Shown here piece by piece: positions 19,127-27,425 of a stretch of DNA of 64,000 bases. The stretch lies in IMG/VR virus record IMGVR_UViG_3300007961_000161; one strand, given 5' to 3'. Within the stretch, counting starts at the first letter, position 1. Every line of letters starts with the position of its first letter. The stretch comes from an uncultured virus (IMG/VR IMGVR_UViG_3300007961_000161) (lineage: Duplodnaviria; Heunggongvirae; Uroviricota; Caudoviricetes). The position numbers and the translations under genes are program-made. Below the pieces are notes generated by a model. The model did not search any database, was not told the DNA's origin, and saw nothing but the letters and a program-made list of their open reading frames with translations.

Positions 19127-19279
19127 ATGATAATCTCACTGGATTCCCCGGAGTCCTTCACCAAGAAGAAGGACAAGCGGCTCGCAGCCATGATCGATGC
19201 AATAGGAAACATCGAATGCTATATGCATCCCGATGCTTTTTCTTTTATTGCAAAACACAAGGTGCGATGCAGGAGGTAA
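19127..19279 (+). pseudogene. 5' remnant of a DNA-3-methyladenine glycosylase (AlkA-like)
   Basis: 50-codon ORF containing KKKDKRLAAMIDAIGNIECYMHPDAFSFIAKH, like the family N-terminus; truncated directly before the nuclease gene. Confidence 0.6.
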
Positions 19280-19282
19280 AGT

Positions 19283-20251
19283 ATGGACCGACTATTGCAT
19301 AGATTTCAGGTATTTTGTGACTCCATTCAAGAAGGCTTGTGGTTCAAAGGGTTACATCCCGATTTTGCTGAAGCTGAGCTAATGACCATTCCAAATACTC
19401 AACGCGAACAGGCGCGGTATGGTATTGACAGAGTCCTTCAGTATGATCGACCTGACATTGTCCTCAAAGATTACGATAAAGTGATTTTTGTATTGGAACG
19501 TACCAAGGAAGTTCCAAGCGGACATAATGTTGGGCAACGATTTGGACGACTGGTCGCGGCAGCTAAAGAACGGATTCCTGTTGTATACTTTGGCCCGTAC
19601 ATGGCGTATAAGCATGGTGGCGCTACAGCAGGTCCTCGATACATGAATCTCAGACTTTTTTACTCACTCAAAAACGTTTCACAATACTACAATACTGCCG
19701 TCACGACGATCAACTGGCCAGTTGATGAGCATTGTGAAGTACTTATGACCGCCGATAAGGATCGCAGGCTGAAAGAATATATGGATCTGTTTTTGCAGTA
19801 TTATCATTCAGATGGTCTGAATGGACTCACTGAGTATATAAGAGGATCGGCATTCCAACATGAGCAATATGAGGAACAAGTCCGTTTTGCTCAGAGCCAA
19901 GTCCAAAATCCTGAACAATATGATGATCCTCCAGACTCTGTGGAAATAATAGATCGTCGGCAGTTTGAGAGGCGCTATTGCAGAATCCCGGGAATTCCGC
20001 ACTATATCCGGTGGGTTGAAATCTATCATGTCGGGATGACATACATACGATCTGATCCTTATTCTGGAATGGCTGCATTGTATCATTACTTGTACGGAAG
20101 AAACGATCTTATTCAGGTATTACATTTCCCGCATATTGACTATGAAAAATGGCAACATCTTGGCAGAACAACCAAAACATACAGGATGTATAAAGAATTC
20201 AGCGGTGCGATTCTTTTCGCTGACAGGCTTATATATCAAAATGACTTGTAA
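19283..20251 (+). CDS. Putative restriction endonuclease (PD-(D/E)xK-like)
   Basis: DRPDIVL...VLERTKE; AGGAGG RBS; adjacent to two methyltransferases. Confidence 0.6.
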   Translation: MDRLLHRFQVFCDSIQEGLWFKGLHPDFAEAELMTIPNTQREQARYGIDRVLQYDRPDIVLKDYDKVIFVLERTKEVPSGHNVGQRFGRLVAAAKERIPVVYFGPYMAYKHGGATAGPRYMNLRLFYSLKNVSQYYNTAVTTINWPVDEHCEVLMTADKDRRLKEYMDLFLQYYHSDGLNGLTEYIRGSAFQHEQYEEQVRFAQSQVQNPEQYDDPPDSVEIIDRRQFERRYCRIPGIPHYIRWVEIYHVGMTYIRSDPYSGMAALYHYLYGRNDLIQVLHFPHIDYEKWQHLGRTTKTYRMYKEFSGAILFADRLIYQNDL

Positions 20252-20275
20252 ATCTGTACAAGACGAAGTGTTTTC

Positions 20276-20323
20276 TTGACTAATGGGGCAGTGCTACGCT
20301 ATCATCTGATAGTGTAGCATTGC
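20276..20323 (+). promoter_or_regulatory. Sigma70-like promoter overlapped by a 36-bp palindrome (candidate operator)
   Basis: TTGACT-N18-TATCAT; GCAGTGCTACGCTATCA-TC-TGATAGTGTAGCATTGC (17-bp arms, 2 mismatches). Confidence 0.7.
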
Positions 20324-20343
20324 ATTTTTGAAAGGAGCACATT

Positions 20344-22086
20344 ATGGATATCAATATAAAAGCACTTCGCTCAAAAACCGGTTTGTCCCAGAGCAAATTT
20401 GCTGTACTTTTGGGTGTGTCTGTTGCGTCCCTGCGGCGCTGGGAAGCAGGTGATGCGTCACCGTCTCCTATGGCTACCGATAAAATTATAAAGATTTCCT
20501 CTTTGGCTGAGCATGAATTACTGGAGGCGAGCAACAGGGTTTCTTTCCCGGTTGAGCAGTTTTCCGATGACAAGTATTCTACTCATTTTGAATGGAGAGG
20601 GAGAAAGTATAAAGCAAAATGGGAACCATTTGTTGTCAATGGTCCTTCAGATCAAAGAGATTTTTATAATAAACTGATTGAGTTGCAGCAGAAATCAGAA
20701 ATTGATGTATCTGTAGACACATATTTTTCTCGCCTTTCGTTGTTGAAATCCGTACGTGAGAAAGAAACATCACAATACAGAATGGAGCGCCCGAAGAATA
20801 GCGCAAAGAGCTGGTCTTCGGATTATGGAACGCACGGATTTCACAGATATGTTGGACGATTTCCTTCACATCTCATTCGAGCGCTCATTAACTATTTCGG
20901 TGCATGCAGCGATGATGTGATTCTGGATCCGTTTTGTGGAAGTGGAACAACACTGGTTGAAGCTCGTATGTTAGGAGTCAAGGGAATCGGAATCGAGATT
21001 TCTCCTCTCTCCGCAATGATGAGTCGAGTAAAAAGTCAGTTTCCAAACGAAAGTCTTCAACTATCAGAATTACTTTCAGATCTGTCAGCATTTTATACTA
21101 AAACGTGGAACGACTTCGTTTATGATCAGTCCCTCGATCTTATCCCGTATGAAAATATCCTAACAAGAGAAGGCAACAGCATACCTTCATTTCCCAATAT
21201 CGAAAAATGGTTTACAAAGAGAGCGCTTCTCGGGACATCAATTCTCGTCGAATTCATTCTACAAAAGGAAGGCTATATCAGAGACTTTCTTACAATAGCA
21301 CTATCGTCCAAAATGCGGAGTATTGGTAATGTTGACGTTGATGTGGTACGTGCGGAATACAGAAAAGAGCCTCGCAAGAATGTTGATGTTCTGATGCTCG
21401 TTACAAAGCAGCTCCAGAAAATGTCCTTAGCAATTAATGACACGTTGCTTGCTTGTAAAAGTATAATTAGTAACAGCAATGATATCGAAGTGATAGAAGG
21501 AAGCGTCACAGATACGAGCTTGCCTCAAAAGTCAGTGTCATTTATAATCACATCCCCTCCATACGGTGTTGAGTCATTAAGCTATTTACGAACACATCTC
21601 CTTTCTTTTAGAGCGTTAGAGCCAATTTTAGGTGTTGACCCATACAACTTCGGAGAAGGTGTAATCGGATCAGAATACTTGGACGGGGCACTTCCAGATA
21701 TAGATTCTTTTTTGGTTACCTCTGTAAGCCCCACGTATAACTCATATTTCCGTACCCTTTTGGACTCTGCTAGCTCTGCAATTGAAGAAAAACGTATAAT
21801 GATGATGATGCGTTTTTTTGAGGATATGTATTCAGTAATAAAACGCTTTGATTACTGGCTTATGGATCATGGGAAAATAGCATTCATTATCGGAAATAAA
21901 AAGATTGGTGATTCAATAATTCCGACAGATACTATTATCACAGAGATTTTTGAATATTTTGGATTTGTTATGGAGGAATCTATCGGACATAAACTAAAAA
22001 CAAACAACAGCAATTCACAGGTACCATGGCAAGACAGAATCATAGAGAATGAATACATTATGCTATTTCGGAGGAACAACGCATGA
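20344..22086 (+). CDS. XRE-HTH fused amino-methyltransferase (probably N4-cytosine)
   Basis: N-terminal HTH (GLSQSKFAVLLGVSVASLRRWEAG); LDPFCGSGTT; ITSPPY. Confidence 0.88.
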   Translation: MDINIKALRSKTGLSQSKFAVLLGVSVASLRRWEAGDASPSPMATDKIIKISSLAEHELLEASNRVSFPVEQFSDDKYSTHFEWRGRKYKAKWEPFVVNGPSDQRDFYNKLIELQQKSEIDVSVDTYFSRLSLLKSVREKETSQYRMERPKNSAKSWSSDYGTHGFHRYVGRFPSHLIRALINYFGACSDDVILDPFCGSGTTLVEARMLGVKGIGIEISPLSAMMSRVKSQFPNESLQLSELLSDLSAFYTKTWNDFVYDQSLDLIPYENILTREGNSIPSFPNIEKWFTKRALLGTSILVEFILQKEGYIRDFLTIALSSKMRSIGNVDVDVVRAEYRKEPRKNVDVLMLVTKQLQKMSLAINDTLLACKSIISNSNDIEVIEGSVTDTSLPQKSVSFIITSPPYGVESLSYLRTHLLSFRALEPILGVDPYNFGEGVIGSEYLDGALPDIDSFLVTSVSPTYNSYFRTLLDSASSAIEEKRIMMMMRFFEDMYSVIKRFDYWLMDHGKIAFIIGNKKIGDSIIPTDTIITEIFEYFGFVMEESIGHKLKTNNSNSQVPWQDRIIENEYIMLFRRNNA

Positions 22087-22598
22087 GAATATCTGAGAGC
22101 TTTGTTCATGTTTCCATGCGTCAGCATTTAAAGCGAAACGGGTGGTTATTGATTGCCGGTGAGTATCCCAATGGATCGGATGATGAACTGAACGTTCTGA
22201 GTATCTCTGATCCCGCTGTTGCACGTGACAACAGCCCTGATCCAAGAAGGCATAGTTCAGGAGAGATCATTCCGGATCTTGTGGCATATAAGAATGGTGT
22301 CATACTCATAATTGAGGCAAAGCCCAGTTATTCTTTGGATGACAAAGCAAAGCTGATGAATCTTCTCTCGAACGAAAAAGAGCGTATGATAAACGCGTTA
22401 TGGAATTTTTCACAAGGAAAAGTTGAGTTTTCGCATATAAATTATGATGTAGTAGAATATATTCCAGTTCTCGCTTTTGGAAACCCCACCTATTCTACGA
22501 AACATATTGATTCGGGCTTTGGTCACATTTATGTAAAAACACTTGATGAAGCAAAACTCGTCTTTTTTGATCTTCCATTTTTGGGAGAGGGATTATGA
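22083..22598 (+). CDS. Small PD-(D/E)xK nuclease
   Basis: IIPDLVAYKNGVILIIEAKP; overlaps both neighbouring genes. Confidence 0.7.
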   Translation: MRISESFVHVSMRQHLKRNGWLLIAGEYPNGSDDELNVLSISDPAVARDNSPDPRRHSSGEIIPDLVAYKNGVILIIEAKPSYSLDDKAKLMNLLSNEKERMINALWNFSQGKVEFSHINYDVVEYIPVLAFGNPTYSTKHIDSGFGHIYVKTLDEAKLVFFDLPFLGEGL

Positions 22599-23761
22599 CA
22601 GAAAAAGAGATAATTTCTTTAGTGCAATCATCAGATTGGGAGTATGGAGAAGCAGATACTCAGTATTTGACACACAATATCCACCGATATTCCGGGAAAT
22701 TTATTCCACAGATTGCCGGACGAGCCATAGATATCCTAACGATGCCCGGAGATACAATTCTCGACTCATATATGGGATCGGGAACAACGCTTCTGGAAGC
22801 CACACTCAGAGATAGAAAAGCAATCGGTATTGACTTGAATCCGTTAGCCGTCTTGATCAGTAAAGTAAAAAACACTGTTGTTGATGAGGCGGATTTACAT
22901 GAAATAGTAGCTGATCTCATTCCGTATGTGACCTCACTTATTTCAGGTGGTCAGCTCTTTTTTTGGCATCAACCTATTGACAAGCATAGATACGCAAAAT
23001 GCTTTGAGGAAAATTCATGGCGCTTGAGCGATCCATGGAACACAAAATGGTACCAGCAGGATGTGCTGCTTCAACTCGTTCAGATTTATAGTGGAATCGA
23101 AGCTATAGCTAACGAAAGAGCTCGCGATATAGCACTGGTTGCTTTTAGTGATATACTTCGAAAATCAAGTAATGCAAGTAGTCATTACCCAAATGTCATG
23201 TATGATAAAAACTCAAAAAAGAAGCCCCTCCCAGTAAAAGCGTTTCTTGAGTCACTTATACATATCAAAAACGCTGTTCTTTCAATGTCGACGACAATGA
23301 AAGGAAAGCAGGTTGTTGCTGAAGTTTTGCTTGGAAACAATCTTGCGCTGCCTCTCAAAGGAGCCTCTATAGATGCAATCATATCGCATCCACCGTATAT
23401 TGCAGCCATACCATATGCAGAATATGGATCACTCAGTTTGACATGGCTGGGGTACGACTGTAAAAAACTTGATAGCCAACTCACAGGAGGACGAAGGCAC
23501 TCAAAACAGGTCGTGTCTCGTTTTATGGGGGACTTCGCTGATTATATGCTTGAAAGCTATAGAGTTCTGAAGCCAGAGCATTACATGTTTTTGATGGTTG
23601 GAAATCCAGTCTCTCATGGGGAATATATTGATCTTCATGATATAACAATTCAATATGCGCAGGATGCAGGGTTTCGACATGTTTCTACCGCTATAAGACA
23701 TGGGCAAAACAGACGGGGCAACAAGATGGGGGATGAATATCTCCTCTTCTTCAAAAAATAA
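22595..23761 (+). CDS. Second DNA amino-methyltransferase
   Basis: HRYSGKFIPQ, LDSYMGSGTT, ISHPPY. Confidence 0.88.
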   Translation: MTEKEIISLVQSSDWEYGEADTQYLTHNIHRYSGKFIPQIAGRAIDILTMPGDTILDSYMGSGTTLLEATLRDRKAIGIDLNPLAVLISKVKNTVVDEADLHEIVADLIPYVTSLISGGQLFFWHQPIDKHRYAKCFEENSWRLSDPWNTKWYQQDVLLQLVQIYSGIEAIANERARDIALVAFSDILRKSSNASSHYPNVMYDKNSKKKPLPVKAFLESLIHIKNAVLSMSTTMKGKQVVAEVLLGNNLALPLKGASIDAIISHPPYIAAIPYAEYGSLSLTWLGYDCKKLDSQLTGGRRHSKQVVSRFMGDFADYMLESYRVLKPEHYMFLMVGNPVSHGEYIDLHDITIQYAQDAGFRHVSTAIRHGQNRRGNKMGDEYLLFFKK

Positions 23762-23820
23762 TACTATCACAAAAGAACTGGGGACCAATAGTAAACCCAA
23801 ACCGAAGGGTAAATGCCGTA

Positions 23821-24282
23821 CTATTTCCCTACCTTCCCCACCTTTTCCTCCATGCGCTTCTTCCCCCGTACCGCTATTGCCTTCAACGCCGGAGGCACGT
23901 CAAAGCCCAAGCCCTCCAGATGCCGTAGCACCGATACGCTGTCGGTGAACACAAGGTACGCCAGGAACATATCCACCAGCGGCACGTCAATGCCGAACGC
24001 CCTCGCCGTGGTGTTTTCAAGGACGCTGCTGAGGATGATGTAAATGGCATAGGACGGGAATTTCAGGACTCCGCGTTCCATGACCGTCAAGTCGAAAGCA
24101 CCCTGTCTGATAGCCTTCCACAGCCCCAGCGCCAGGTCAGCCGTCAGCATCCCGAAGCACGCCATCCAGAGGTACGGTTCGCCGCCTAGCAGTGTGGACA
24201 GCGTCCCGAATATCGCGGAGAGCGTCAGCTTCTCCGGCCATCCCTCGACCAGTTCGGCAAGATAATGCCCTATTCCTTCCAT
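23821..24282 (-). CDS. Phage holin family protein
   Basis: Several TM segments; SVLRHLEGLGFDVPPALK tail; position in the lysis cassette. Confidence 0.8.
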   Translation of the reverse strand: MEGIGHYLAELVEGWPEKLTLSAIFGTLSTLLGGEPYLWMACFGMLTADLALGLWKAIRQGAFDLTVMERGVLKFPSYAIYIILSSVLENTTARAFGIDVPLVDMFLAYLVFTDSVSVLRHLEGLGFDVPPALKAIAVRGKKRMEEKVGKVGK

Positions 24283-24509
24283 CATCGTTCCAGGCTCCTT
24301 ATGGCTTCCTTATCTGAATTGCACAGCCCGAGCGCGTGGCGCAGGGACAGGACATGCTCCGCCAGGTCCATGTTCGTGACGCCTTCCCATTCCGGCTCGG
24401 GCGTCGGCTCCGTCAGCATCTCCGGGATGGCGGTTCCGCCCTTACCGCAGCATCCCGCTGACAGCATCAGGCACACGGACAGCGCCCCATTCAGCAACGT
24501 CTTTTTCAC
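24282..24509 (-). CDS. o-spanin (Rz1-like lipoprotein)
   Basis: Lipobox LSAGC, Pro-rich segment, CNSDKEAIR; overlaps the i-spanin. Confidence 0.8.
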   Translation of the reverse strand: MKKTLLNGALSVCLMLSAGCCGKGGTAIPEMLTEPTPEPEWEGVTNMDLAEHVLSLRHALGLCNSDKEAIRSLER

Positions 24510-24726
24510 GGGATGCCTCCTTCAGCTTCCTGCGTTTCTGGGCGGCCGCCTTTGCCAGCCCGTAGTTCCGCTTCTCCCTCTCGGCGAGGGATTTCTGCAT
24601 CTTCTCCAGGGACTGAACCGCTGATTCGCATTTCGCCTCCCATTCGCCTGCCTTCTCGTGCTCCGCATGGCAGAGCCATCCCAGAGCGAGGATGGCGGCC
24701 GCCATGCTGACTATCAGCCATCTCAT
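24442..24726 (-). CDS. i-spanin (Rz-like)
   Basis: N-terminal TM, coiled coil, WGAVRVPDAV tail. Confidence 0.75.
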   Translation of the reverse strand: MRWLIVSMAAAILALGWLCHAEHEKAGEWEAKCESAVQSLEKMQKSLAEREKRNYGLAKAAAQKRRKLKEASREKDVAEWGAVRVPDAVSGMLR

Positions 24727-25142
24727 AGGCCGTACTTCCGCAGGAAGGCTTTCACGCTGAACACGGGGCAGGCTTTCGCTGCGTATTCGCAATGCCCGTG
24801 GATGGTCACGCCGGGATAACGGGCAAGAAGCTCCTTCACCAGCTTGGCAAGCGATGCGAACTGTGCCTCCGTGAAATTGTCCTCCGGGATGCGGACATCC
24901 TTTTTCGTGCCGCCGACCATGCAGACGCCGATGGAGTTCGCGTTATGGTTCAGGCAATGCGCTCCGACCTGATATTCCGGGCGTCCTTTCTCAACGGTCC
25001 CGTCGCGGCGGATGACCCAGTGGTATCCGATGTCACGCCAATGGTTGCCGTTAACATGCCAATCACGAATTTCCTTCGCCCCGATGTCCATGCTGGCAGG
25101 GGTGGCGCTGCAATGCAGTATGATCTCGTTGATTTTTCGCAT
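24723..25142 (-). CDS. Endolysin, N-acetylmuramoyl-L-alanine amidase (T7 lysozyme-like)
   Basis: IILHCSAT, WRDIGYHWVI, GAHC, HGH...KACP. Confidence 0.95.
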   Translation of the reverse strand: MRKINEIILHCSATPASMDIGAKEIRDWHVNGNHWRDIGYHWVIRRDGTVEKGRPEYQVGAHCLNHNANSIGVCMVGGTKKDVRIPEDNFTEAQFASLAKLVKELLARYPGVTIHGHCEYAAKACPVFSVKAFLRKYGL

Positions 25143-25178
25143 GATATCTCCTATCGTCTGTAATAACTGGAGGGTGAT

Positions 25179-25670
25179 ATGAAGTTTTTCAGCATTCTTG
25201 CTGCAGCGCTTCTTTCCATGATTCCCGCTTCCGCAATGGCCGATTCCATTACCGAAAAGCTGGACGGAACATGGATAGAAACCGTTCAGCTTGAGAACTA
25301 TCCCCGGACAATCCTACATTTCAGCGGACGGAAACTCCGGGTCGAAAACATGTATGAAAATGAAATAACCGTTGAGTATGCGGTCACTGATGAAAAAACG
25401 GATGAGTTCACCGTCAGCTTCGAATACAGATACAAGGTTAAGCGTGGCAACGGACGAATCGTTGAGCACAGGGACGCGCCTGATTTTCTTTTCCATATGG
25501 AAAACGGGCGCCCAATCCTCTCGCAGATGGCTGTCGAAGATGACGGGCGCGGCCTTATCATCCTGAATGAATTCCTCCGTGAGAAAGACTTCGTCGATGG
25601 CTTCACATCCGCGCTCAAGCACAAGCTGAATGACCGGACGGCTCCGCCCATGTACATGATGAAGGACTAG
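25179..25670 (+). CDS. Secreted hypothetical protein (moron)
   Basis: GGAGG RBS; signal peptide ending AMA-D; opposite strand to the late genes. Confidence 0.75.
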   Translation: MKFFSILAAALLSMIPASAMADSITEKLDGTWIETVQLENYPRTILHFSGRKLRVENMYENEITVEYAVTDEKTDEFTVSFEYRYKVKRGNGRIVEHRDAPDFLFHMENGRPILSQMAVEDDGRGLIILNEFLREKDFVDGFTSALKHKLNDRTAPPMYMMKD

Positions 25671-25672
25671 CT

Positions 25673-26323
25673 TCAGCTTGGCGATCCAGTCGTCCCGCCG
25701 GAATCGCCCGGATGCGTATGCGACTTCAGGGAAACGCCCGATGCCGTGATGTCCGCCTGTCCCGTGATGTTTCCCGTAATGCCCATCGTGCCGTTCACAT
25801 TCATGGTGCCGGAGCCGCCTGTGCGCGAGTAGGACGATATGGCGCCGTTCAGGATGATTTGCGGTGCTGTGATCACGACTTTTTCATCAGAGGTGACGCT
25901 GACCGCCCCCGTCGCCGTCACGTCCACGGTTCCCTGCACGTCCGCCTTCAGCGCATGGGCGGTGCGGTCGTATTCAAGCCTCGTCCCGTCCTCAAACTCC
26001 ACCATCCTGACATCTGCGCTCCCGGCTGGAGGCGTGACCTCCCCGGCGTAGATGCTGCCGATGATGAATCCTTCGCTTGCCCCCGCTGGGAGGAATATGC
26101 AGACCGCGTCCTCCCCGATGTCTGGCATGCGGTAGTCCCGGTTCTTCAGCGTGTTCGGCTGCAGGACGGGCAGGTCATAGGAAGTGAAGCCGTCGTCATC
26201 ATCGAACGTGACCCGCGCCGTGCATGATGTAGGGTCGGTGGACGTGACCTCGCCTATGCGTATGAGGCTGGAGAGCGGCGGCGAAGGCTCCCCGCCGTAC
26301 CTGTCATCCTTGATTTGCATCAT
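25673..26323 (-). CDS. Baseplate spike (gpV)
   Basis: IRIGEV, MPDIGEDAVC, FEDGTRLEYDR, SLKSHTHPGDSGGTT. Confidence 0.92.
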   Translation of the reverse strand: MMQIKDDRYGGEPSPPLSSLIRIGEVTSTDPTSCTARVTFDDDDGFTSYDLPVLQPNTLKNRDYRMPDIGEDAVCIFLPAGASEGFIIGSIYAGEVTPPAGSADVRMVEFEDGTRLEYDRTAHALKADVQGTVDVTATGAVSVTSDEKVVITAPQIILNGAISSYSRTGGSGTMNVNGTMGITGNITGQADITASGVSLKSHTHPGDSGGTTGSPS

Positions 26324-26324
26324 G

Positions 26325-27425
26325 TCAGTAGCTCCCGTTGACCCGCCGAAGCTGGAGGGCGGTGGCGTATCCGCCGCTGCCAATGGAGTGCTTCGCCCCT
26401 TCGATGATGAAGTTCCCGTCCCATGCTCCGAAGCCGGATACGCCGATGACGGCTCCCGCCACGAACAGCGTGTCGCCTACGATGGTGATGCTGCCGGTCA
26501 CGCTCCTTGCGTTCAGTTCCCGCAGCTTCGCCTTCGCCAGCCGCTCCGCCTCGGCGCGGGACGAGCATTTCTTCTTAAGCTCGAATTCCTGCCCGTCATC
26601 CGGTGCATCGGGATCCGTGTAGACGTATTCGTTGACCGCAGGGTTTCCGCCGGACTTCTTCGGCTTGACCGTGACCTTTTCAAAATCACGGTTGTAGTAG
26701 GATGCCGCCGTGACCTTGGATTTCTGTTTCGGGGAGCGCCACGACACCTTCACGGATTTGTACGTTTCCGCCTTCTGGGTGGCGAACTCCCACGAGATGA
26801 TTCTGGACGCTCCCAGCACGAGAGTTCCGACAGGCTCCTTCTTTTCGTAGGATTTCTGGTCGAACACGGCGAGCTTCCCGTCCGTGACCTTGACCGATGC
26901 CCCAGCGTCCCGACACAGCCCCAGCAAAAATTCCAAGTCGGACGCCTTGTCCTGCTTTGCCTGGTCCAGGTATTCCAGGTTCTCCTCCATGTCCCAGAGA
27001 AGCTCCAGACCGTTCTCCCCGGCGATGGCGGAGGCGATCGCCTTCAGCGTCGTCTTTTCCCATGCCCGCGTCTTTTTCTTCCTGCGGATGGGGCTGGCGA
27101 GCGGAATGGATGTCGCCGATATCTCCATGACCCGTGGCGAACCCGAACAGCGCAGGCTGTCCACGGTGAACTTTCCGCAGTCCAGGATCCCCGTCACGCC
27201 ATGCACGGTCCCGTCATAAATCGTCGCCTCGACCTTCTCCCCGCCGTCGGGACGCCAGCTTCCCGCCCATTTGCCTTCGGGATCCATCAGCGTGAAAGTG
27301 ACCGTGTCGGCTTCCTCCGTTTCCTTGTCCGAATAGGAAAAGGAAAGGAGGTCGCTTCCGACCTCCTCTGTGATGTCCGTCCCGTCGAACAGGACAACGA
27401 GCCTCGTCTGCAGTGGAGCGTTCAT
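26325..27425 (-). CDS. Baseplate hub / late control D-like protein
   Basis: LLSFSYSDKETEEAD, TLKAIASAIA, SDLEFL, GFGAWDGNFII. Confidence 0.88.
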   Translation of the reverse strand: MNAPLQTRLVVLFDGTDITEEVGSDLLSFSYSDKETEEADTVTFTLMDPEGKWAGSWRPDGGEKVEATIYDGTVHGVTGILDCGKFTVDSLRCSGSPRVMEISATSIPLASPIRRKKKTRAWEKTTLKAIASAIAGENGLELLWDMEENLEYLDQAKQDKASDLEFLLGLCRDAGASVKVTDGKLAVFDQKSYEKKEPVGTLVLGASRIISWEFATQKAETYKSVKVSWRSPKQKSKVTAASYYNRDFEKVTVKPKKSGGNPAVNEYVYTDPDAPDDGQEFELKKKCSSRAEAERLAKAKLRELNARSVTGSITIVGDTLFVAGAVIGVSGFGAWDGNFIIEGAKHSIGSGGYATALQLRRVNGSY

